64,000 bases of DNA, taken from contig OZ024744.1 of the NCBI GenBank assembly GCA_964016885.1, positions 46,810,001-46,874,000 on the forward strand. The letters run 5' to 3'. The notes under the pieces are model-generated. The model saw only the letters and a list, made by a program, of their open reading frames with translations, did no database searches and was not told the DNA's origin. This document shows, piece after piece, positions 54,539-64,000 of the stretch (its first letter is position 1; the number at the start of each line of letters is the position of its first letter). This stretch comes from Eledone cirrhosa (Eukaryota). The position numbers and the translations under genes were made by a program.

Positions 54539-55643
54539 TATATAGTGTATATAATAGTTGTAATGTCACTGGTGCCAATCTATATCAGCCTTTCCCTTGG
54601 ACAACATGACATATAGTCTATATATATTGGACAATATTATATATAGTGTATATGTGGTGTATATTGTAGTTGTGACAATATTCTATATACATATGTACAC
54701 ACACACTGACAAACATGTATATACATATAGAAGGGTCGGATGAGGAGTTCATAGACTGACCAAGTTACTCTCATGGAATGAGACAATGTATACACATAAA
54801 TATATACTATATATATGTATACAAACACATATATTTTATAGTGAAGTCATGCATCTTATTGTAATGTTTTCAATTATCAGTTAAGGAGGTACATTGTGTC
54901 CTTAAGCAAAACACATCATTCCACATGTCTCTAATCTCCACAGCTGAAAAAGACAAGTATCAGCTTTAGTTGGAGGTTTAACATGGGTTGGATCATTCTC
55001 TGCCTCCAACATTTTCACTGCGGCCACAAACCCAGGCTTTACTACCTGCAATAGAGAGAAGAGGAAGATAGTTAAATACCGGGGCCTGACTCACCACCTC
55101 CTCTTTGTCCCCACACTGCTGATTTCCTTCTCAAAATTAGAAACACAGCAGCCCACTTGAGGAAGTAGTCCCATGAGGTGGGGTGGATGTTGTAGTGGGT
55201 GTCTCTGGCTATTCTCTGTGGTAACATCTTTGCCATTTTGTCTGTAGGGTGGAGTAGAATCACAGCTCAGACTGAAATATAAAGTCTGTTCCTCTCCCAT
55301 TATGTTCGTTGGATTGGCAGTATCGGTGAGAGGGTCAGACGCCATGCTTTGACGTATAGAGTTATCTCCCTTCATGATCTGAGTTCAAAGGCAAAGGGTT
55401 AACTTTGCCTTTCATCCTTACGAGGTCAATAAAATAAAGTACCAGTAATACACTGGAATAATTGCTGGCCTTGTGCCAAAAGAAGAAACAATTATTTTCG
55501 TTTGATTCGTTTTTTTTTCATTACTTAAATATTTTATTACCTTTAATAATGTGTTTTGGTTTAATATGAACAGTTATATAAAATTAATAACGTTATTTAT
55601 TCAAATCTGAATAAAGTACTAGCATATGTATTGAACGTATGAA

Positions 55644-56128
55644 TCTAAACTATAATAAAAGGAGGAGCGCGGGACTGCGTACGGTTTATAATTTTTTATC
55701 CCATTAGTAAAATAAGTTTGATTACTTTGAATAAATAATGAATGAATATTACATAATTTATCTACTAAATTTGGTGGCTGTTGATTAAATATATTTTGTT
55801 TATTTAAAGATTCACTTCTTCAAAATTTCTGAAATGTCGACACTTCCGGTTGGCCATCGCTTAAATAAACATTAATATATTTCCGTCACTAATTTTCTCC
55901 TAATGCAGTTCATATTTAATATCGTCTTTTTTAATGTATCATGGATTACGTTACTGATTACATAAGACAGTGTAACACAGTCTTTGTTCAATTTCTGTGT
56001 ATTATATATTGTCAATTACGATTTTATTTGATGTATCATATCTACATGTATATATATACTTGTGTATAATATCAATATACACACTACACATGCTAGCAGA
56101 AAACCACCCGAAGGTATTTTTCTGCTAG
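55644..56128 (+). mobile_element. Helitron-like non-autonomous element, copy 2
   Basis: A|TCTAAACTATAATAAAAGG ... TTCTGCTAG|T. Confidence 0.6.
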
Positions 56129-56599
56129 TTCATATAACGGAAGTTGTTTCTGAATGTATTAAATTATGTAGGGGACTTTTAACTCATGACACCGCTATCA
56201 ACTAGTCAGTGGAAAGTTATCTACAATGGCTCCATCGTTACAACTTATATCCACATTTATGTTTAACAAAATACTTTACATTTCCATTTCTTTATCATCT
56301 TTCCATTTCTTTATCACCTTTTATCACCTGTATTATTAAATATTGAAGTGGTTGTTCAACATTTTACAGGACAGGAAAATATTATTTTAATCAGAAATCA
56401 GTGAACATTTAGTTTTTACTAACTTTTCTTGACTTTATATTTGGTCTTGAAAACTAACGTACGCATTATTTCGTTTTCCACCACAACACTAACATTGTGA
56501 ACTTTTCTATCTGAAGTGAAATATCTTGAATTATTACAACACCTACACACACACACACACGGCTATTTATTTATCTCTCTCATACGTACACACTGTATG

Positions 56600-56694
<95 letters not shown>

Positions 56695-57119
56695 CTTCGT
56701 CTTTTGTAATTATGGATATCAATTCTCTTGTCACCTGAACTGTCCTCAATAACAAGAACCTTAACTATAGAAGTCTTATTCGTCTGTTTTATGAGCTGAA
56801 GATTTTATTGTGAATAGAGCTTCTCTCACCTTAACAAAAATAATAGTGTAATATTCCACAAGAATCATATATAAATACATATAAGCACTTGCCCTTTCTT
56901 CATCCAAGATCAGTCGAAAATCAGTCTTGGTATCTCATATGTCTTATTACCAACTAAATGCTACATTACAACTTTGTAGAAGAAGAAAGCGGAGTTCTGC
57001 AGTCTTTTATGGACCCTTTGTATATTAGACTACATAGTATATATTAACGATATCTACATATCTTAATGTATAAGTAAAAGTGGTGAGAATCCTTTATGTA
57101 AAGATCACTAGCTAGAAAT

Positions 57120-58214
57120 ATGTCTGAATATAGCTGTGAGATTTGTAGGAAAACTTTCCCTTCAAAACTGAAACTATCCTCACATGGGAAAATACACACT
57201 GGAGAAAAACCCTTTCATTGTGAAATATGTGGGAAGTTGTTTGTCTTGAACAGTGATTTAAAAAGGCATATAAGAACACACACAGGAGAAAAACCTTATT
57301 CATGTGAAATATGTGGGAAATCCTTTTCATGTAATTCTGATCTTGTAGTTCACAAAAGAATACACACAGGAGAAAATCCTTCTTCATGTGAAACATGTGG
57401 GAAATCTTTTTCTCATAGTTCTCATCTTGTACACCACAAAAGAATACACACAGGAGGAACACCTTTCCATTGTGAAATATGTGGGAATTCTTTTTCTGAT
57501 AGTTCTCATCTTGTATATCACAAAAGAACACACAGAGGAGAAAAACCTCATTCATGTAAAATATGTGGGAAATCTTTTTCTGAAGGTTCTAGTCTTGTAG
57601 ATCACAAAAGAGTACACACTGGAGAAAAACCCTTCCATTGTGAAATATGTAGGAAATCTTTTTCTCAAGGTTCTAGTCTTGTAAATCACAAAAGAATACA
57701 CACAGGAGAAAAACCCTTCCATTGTGAAATATGTGGGAAATCTTTTTCTAATAGTTCTCATCTTGAACATCACAAAAGAACACACACAGGAGAAAAACCT
57801 TATTCATGTGAACTATGTGCGAAATCCTTTTCTAGTAATTCTACACTTGTAGTTCACAAAAGAATACACACAGGAGAAAAACCCTTCCATTGTGAAATAT
57901 GTGGGAAATCCTTTTCTTGTAATTCTAATCTTGTAGTTCACAAAAGAATACACATAGGAGAAAAACCCTTCCATTGTGAAATATGTGGGAAATCCTTTTC
58001 TCGTAATTCTTATCTTGTAGTTCACAAAAGAATACACACAGGAGAAAAACCCTTCCATTGTGAAATATGTGGGAAATCCTTTTCTTGTAATTCTAATCTG
58101 GTAGTTCACAAAAGAATACACACAGGAGAAAATCCTTATTCATGTGAAATATGTGGGAAATCTTTCACTCAGAATTCTTCACTGGTTCTTCACAAACGTA
58201 TTCAATACTTGTGA
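57120..58214 (+). CDS. C2H2 zinc-finger protein, 13 finger units (last lacks the final His), 364 aa
   Basis: Uninterrupted ORF of 28-aa units with TGEKP linkers. Possible upstream acceptor TTTTACAG near 56369. Confidence 0.88.
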   Translation: MSEYSCEICRKTFPSKLKLSSHGKIHTGEKPFHCEICGKLFVLNSDLKRHIRTHTGEKPYSCEICGKSFSCNSDLVVHKRIHTGENPSSCETCGKSFSHSSHLVHHKRIHTGGTPFHCEICGNSFSDSSHLVYHKRTHRGEKPHSCKICGKSFSEGSSLVDHKRVHTGEKPFHCEICRKSFSQGSSLVNHKRIHTGEKPFHCEICGKSFSNSSHLEHHKRTHTGEKPYSCELCAKSFSSNSTLVVHKRIHTGEKPFHCEICGKSFSCNSNLVVHKRIHIGEKPFHCEICGKSFSRNSYLVVHKRIHTGEKPFHCEICGKSFSCNSNLVVHKRIHTGENPYSCEICGKSFTQNSSLVLHKRIQYL

Positions 58215-58645
58215 TCCCTGAAATGTGAAACACAAATATACAGAGACACTGTGGATTGGAGAAGATAAAATGTGAAGGTTGAGAGATCCTTCTCTGATAC
58301 ATCTCAGCACATATGTCTGTGTGTGTGTATATATATATGTGTGTGTGTTTTTAAAAAAAATATATATTCAAACGGAAGAAATATACTGCCATATATTGAA
58401 GATTACCACAATAAGTGGGGAACAGGGGACAAGATATGCTGGACATTGCTACTGAAGAATGTTGTGGATACCTAAACATAGTAAGACCCTAGTGGGATGA
58501 CCGAGATTGACTTACATAGATCAGATGTCTCTTGATGTCCAACTGGAGATTAATGATCTCAGGAATGCCATGGAAGATCATGACATCTAAAAGAGAAGAA
58601 TAAGATAGTTCTGACTAATCCACCTCACCTAATTAATATTAATGA

Positions 58646-59399
58646 TCTCTCTATATATAAAATTATTTGTCTCTCTGTCTGTTGCTATGCTTTCTCAAGC
58701 ACCTGGATCAAATCAAATCAAATTTTACAAGGTAATAATAGTATTAGGCCCCGAGAGTGTCAACATGTAATTTTTATTTTCGTTTGGATTAAAACAATTT
58801 ATCTAAAATAATATTCCCACAGTGAACTATAGTGAACTAACATGACGATGACGTCACATTGTATATGAGTGTGTATGTGTCTGTCTGTGTGTTTGTGAGT
58901 TGGTTATATACGTTAGGCCTCAGAGAAATAAACACACACATACATCTACTGTACAGATACATATGTGATGACAGACAGGTGTGTGTGAATGCATGTCTGT
59001 TGTTTTGTCTCAGTATGTGTGTGTGATAATTTTTATTTTCATTTGGTGTAGCGAATGTCACAAAAATAAGGTGGAATGCTATGCGTGTGTCTGCGTGAAT
59101 GTATGCCTGTATGTGTCTGTCTTAGTATATGTATATGAGAGCGTATGTGTGTAGCAACAATTATTCATTTGGACACCAACAAAAAATTACACAATGAATA
59201 TTGTTTACCCTAAGGTGCTTCAAGATTGACAGATTTTAATTTCTAAATTCTATTATCATTACAATTTTGATATTTTTTAAATAAAATATAGATAGGTTGA
59301 AATAATTAGGAGAAAGAAAAAAACATATCTTCATATTCATTTTTTTCTAATCTGAATAAGAACAGCAGTAACCTGAGCAACGCCGGGTAATTCTGCTAG
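58646..59399 (+). mobile_element. Non-autonomous Helitron-like element
   Basis: A|TCTCTCTATATATAAAA 5' end; 3' ACCTGAGCAACGCCGGGT hairpin + CTAG|T. Confidence 0.75.
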
Positions 59400-60787
59400 T
59401 AATAATATGTATTAATAAAAATTAATTATGGTGAAATATGTTAGAAATCATTCTCAGAGGTTTTGTATTGTAATCCACAAATACACCCTGTAGAAAGTTC
59501 CACTTCATATTATTTGTTTTTAAGGCTTCTTACAGAGACACAATCTCATTTCATTGTTGAGGATGGTGGATAGGCAGAATCAGTAGAGAATCAGACAACA
59601 TACTTTCTGTGTTAAAATCCTGCTGAGCTTAGCTTTACTTTTCTTCCTTCACAGCTTTAGTAAAATAAAGTACCAGTAATCCACTGGGGTTGATTTAATC
59701 AGCTTTCTACTTCCGTTCCAATTGCTGGTCTTGACTTAAAAGTAGAAACATTTATTTAAAGTCTATAAAACAATAGATGGAATGCTTTCTGCCATATTTG
59801 TTCTGGTTCTCTGCTCTCTGAGTTTAAATTCTGCTGAGGTCAACTTTGCCTTTCGTCCATTCAAGATTGATAAAAAAAAGTACCCGTCTACCACAGGGGT
59901 CTGTTCTTCCTCTCTATATTTCTTTCTCACTTCCTCTCTCTCATTCTCTCTCCTTCTCTGGAAAAAATCATCTGTTCCAACCTGGAGAGTGAAGGGCTCC
60001 ACCAAGCTTCAAATGTCCACAGTGACACTCCTATGAGTCCACCAGTGCAAGAAAAACAAAACAAGATTGATGTGTTTATATGTGTTTATTTTACAAATAC
60101 TAATTGGTTTATATTTATATTTATGAAAAAATATCCACATTTATGTGTAAATAAAAACAATTTTATAACTTTAATATTTGTTGATGGTACTTTCATGACA
60201 GTTAAAATTATGAATTTTTTTAGAAATAATTCACATCTGAAAATACGTTACAATTTTCTTCTCTTGCCAAACAAGGGTTTGGTAGGATCCTTCAGTTCTG
60301 TCAAAGACATGACAACCTCTTTAGTACTGGTGCCACAATAAAATACACTCAGTAGAATGTGGGACCACATGTAAGAGAGATGTGGTCTCCTACTGCACCC
60401 TGGTTTGTAAAGACCTGTCCCACCCTTGCTACCAGGGAAAGTAGACATTAAATGATGATCTATGATGTCATTGGTGCCAAGCTGTTTCAGCTATTCCCTT
60501 GGACAACATTATATATAATGTGTATGTAGTATATATATAGTTTATATATTGTCTATATGTAGCATACACTCTATATATACAGTATTTATATATAGTGTAT
60601 ATATTGTGTATATGTAGCAGATATACTATATACATAGTATTTATATGTATATATATAGTGTATATGTTGTGTATATGTAGCACATACACTATATACATAT
60701 TTATATGTATATATAGTGTATATATTGTGTATATGTAGCACATACACTATATACATATTATTTATATATATAGTGTATATTTTGTGT

Positions 60788-61400
60788 ATCATCATTACAT
60801 CTACGTTTCCATGCTTGCATGGGTTGGACGGCTCCTTCTTAGCGCAACATCTTTCCACTAGATGCGTTCCTTTGTCATCTCCTCTTCCAGTCTTCACAAT
60901 TTGAGTTAAGCTTTCACAACATTTACACCTGACTTTCTTGGTCATCCTCTACTGCAGCTTCCTTCCACCGGGATTTCCTCAGCTTGTCCAAGCTCTGCTT
61001 TTCTCTCCCATTTACATTGCAAATCCTACAAAACATGGTTGCTTCATTTTTCTCCAGTCTAATCGCATCATCTGCAGTCACAACCCATGTTTCTCTACCA
61101 TGCAGTATTGTACACTGCACACAGGCTTTATATACCCTTCCTTTTGTGTATAGGGAGAAACCTTATGCTATCAACAGTAGTAGTTCACTAAACTTCCATC
61201 CTATCCTTATTCAAGCCACTCTACTCTTGGCACACCCTCCTCTGCTGCTGATTAGGTCACCTAGATAGCAGATGCTATCAACCACGTCTATAGATCCTTC
61301 CTGTGACTGGAAACGGTTTATAAAAGTAGCACTCTTCCTCTCAAGTTCTGCTGTGCCTCGTCTACATGCAAAGTTCTCCCGTCCTGTTAGATTACTCATT
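60788..61400 (-). mobile_element. Decayed RTE 3' half
   Basis: IDVVDSICYLGDLISSRGGC; ILHGRETW..RLEKNEATM; GAT tail. Confidence 0.8.
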
Positions 61401-61439
61401 ACATCTTTTGCGTACTATATATATATGCTGTATATATAC

Positions 61440-61522
<83 letters not shown>

Positions 61523-61902
61523 TATGTGTAGCGAAATCTGTCTACACGTTGATCCCTGGGTCACATTTAACGGTTATTTTCTGGGTTATCTCCCTTTGCG
61601 CATCAACAGGTCTGAGATTGGGCGACATCAAAAGGTCAGCCCTTTGTTCTCAAGCCTTGGCGTCAGAGGACATAGATAAATATCCTGCCTTCGATCAGTC
61701 CAAGCAGTTTGGAGCATTTCTTGATAGAGTAAACATGTAAACTATTGCTTTCCACAGACCCCTTTGGTCTCAGTGACTCTTACTCTCTCTCTTTCACCCA
61801 ATCTCTCTCTCTTGGTCTCTCTCTCAACCCAGCCAGTGAAGTTCATGAAGTGTTCTTGTTAAATACGATTTTAACTCTACTTTGAAAGAAACAAGTAATA
61901 AA

Positions 61903-61939
<37 letters not shown>

Positions 61940-62377
61940 AAGACCTTCCTTCCCTACGTACAAAGCTAACCTACACTCAGTAGGCACCTCTTAACCAAAT
62001 ATACACCCCAACACACTACCCCTACTCCATTCTCCCACTCCCACCAACAGCACCCTTTCTCTGTAAAGCTATGTTGGTACCAGAACATCCCATCCAAACT
62101 AAAGTAGTCATGCAGGTGTCATGACAAAATAACACCCAGTCCACACTGTAAAGTGGTCATTTGGGATACACGGTAAAAAGGTTCCCAGTCCATACTGTAA
62201 ATGTGGTTGGTGTAAGGAAGGGCATCCAGCCATAGAAAACCTACCAGATACAGTCCTATACAAGCGAGACACGGTCACCCAATCAATCTTACCACAAGTG
62301 GGACAATTCCTGTTTAACCTCTCCTAGCATGGAAGATAGACATTAAACGATGATGATGATGATATGTATATGTATAT

Positions 62378-62718
62378 CATCATTTCATCATTTCATTTTA
62401 TGTCCGCTTTTTCCCTGCTTGCAAGGGTGGGACGGGAACTGATTCTGGTTTGATTTCTACAGCTGGATGCCCTTCCTAACGCCAACCTCATTTACAGTGT
62501 GGGCTGGGTGCTTTTTTGCCGTGGCCCCTCTACGACCACTTTGCAGTGGAATGATATGGACCCACTCCCTATCATCTTATTTCTACAGCTGAGTAAACTG
62601 GAGCAATGTGAAATAAAGTGTGTTGCTCAAGGAAACAACACATCACCCGGTCTGAGAATTGAACTCACAACCTTTCGATTACAAGGCCAATGCTCTAACC
62701 ACTAAGCCATGTGCCTCC
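62378..62718 (-). mobile_element. Full-length tRNA-derived SINE with RTE tail
   Basis: Reverse complement of the 54202-54538 family. Confidence 0.85.
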
Positions 62719-62720
62719 AT

Positions 62721-62770
<50 letters not shown>

Positions 62771-62771
62771 T

Positions 62772-62952
62772 TAATGGTAGCTATGATGCTTCCATAGGCG
62801 GTATGCCAGTTCAGCACTCTATGTTCTTACAGAGCAGAGTGTGATATAATATAAAACGAAAAATCAGTGATGCATCTGGACTCAGTTTATTATACCGGCG
62901 AAACAATTGTAACACATAATAAACTGAGCCTAGATGCATCACTGATTTTTCG

Positions 62953-62962
<10 letters not shown>
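62772..62962. mobile_element. Small fold-back insert (46-bp arms) with a hammerhead 3' half in the loop
   Basis: Arms ~62848-62893 / 62916-62961. Loop ACCGGC-GAAA-CAATTG-TA-ACAC. Confidence 0.65.
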
Positions 62963-62986
<24 letters not shown>

Positions 62987-63171
62987 GGTGCAAATATGCG
63001 ATAATGAATGTGTCTAAAAACGTCCATAAGTATGTATATATATGTGAAAATGTATATAAATAAGTAAATATATATATATGTTTGATGTGTATAGTTAGAT
63101 GTAAGTGTATTCATGTATTAAAGTGCTTATATATATGTATATATATATGTGTATGTATGTGTATATATGTA

Positions 63172-63268
<97 letters not shown>

Positions 63269-64000
63269 ATATGTATATATGTGTATATGTATGTATATAT
63301 GTGTATATAGATGTGTATGTATGTGTATGTGTGTACACATGGACTAGAGTAAGTATGTATATATGTGTGTGTCTATACGTGTGTATATAAAGATAAGTTG
63401 AGTATGAAAATGTATACACACGAGCGCGTAAGTATGTACATGAATGCATGTGTGTATATATATGTGTATGCATGTGTATATATATGTAAGTATGAATATG
63501 TGAATTGTGAGTATATGTATTTTGTAGAGGTGTGCAAATATATTTGTGTGTGAATGCGTGGGTGAAAGGATACGTACACTTGAAAGAAAAATTTAAGTCT
63601 GAATGTTAATTAAGTGCAAACACAAAACCAACCACGCATATCTTTACTATCTCTAATCCTTCTATAAATTTAGAAAAATAACCAATAATATATTCTATAA
63701 AAAATGTCAAAACAACAGATGGGAATCTAATTACTCACTGTCACCAAGAATTCTCACTCCTATCGAAAAACCACTCCTTCAACTATTCTTCTAACAACTT
63801 CACCCCTCCCTCCTAATATTCTCTATAAAAACTAAATAGGTCCTCAGTAATATTATTCTGATGAAATGACAGTAAATAATAACATTGAAATATTGAATGT
63901 CTGCATAACTAAAAGTTTGTAGATAGCAGCTCTTTTAGGTTATGTAACTGTTATAGAAACACGTGTCAATAAATTCCTTTCAACTAAACTGTATCCATTC

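Overview
AT-rich, repeat-saturated eukaryotic DNA. It resembles a coleoid cephalopod (Octopus-like) C2H2 zinc-finger cluster; this is inferred from the ZNF style and SINE/RTE content, not from a search. The dominant structure is a ~38-kb imperfect palindrome with arms at ~9465-28733 and 28775-~47289 and a 41-bp spacer. It duplicates a frameshifted ZNF gene, a Penelope-like retroelement (RT + GIY-YIG), Helitron-like elements and minisatellites. Two paralogous ZNF ORFs (7 and 13 fingers) lie to its right, and RTE LINE fragments with partner tRNA-derived SINEs are scattered throughout. At fine scale, many unrelated short inserts sit between two (TA)n tracts and are built as fold-back inverted repeats. 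Most carry type I hammerhead-ribozyme folds, either canonical, variant-core (U3-A8, U4A) or truncated, consistent with Penelope-type pseudo-LTR insertions. All alignments, folds and identities were judged by eye, so element boundaries are approximate.
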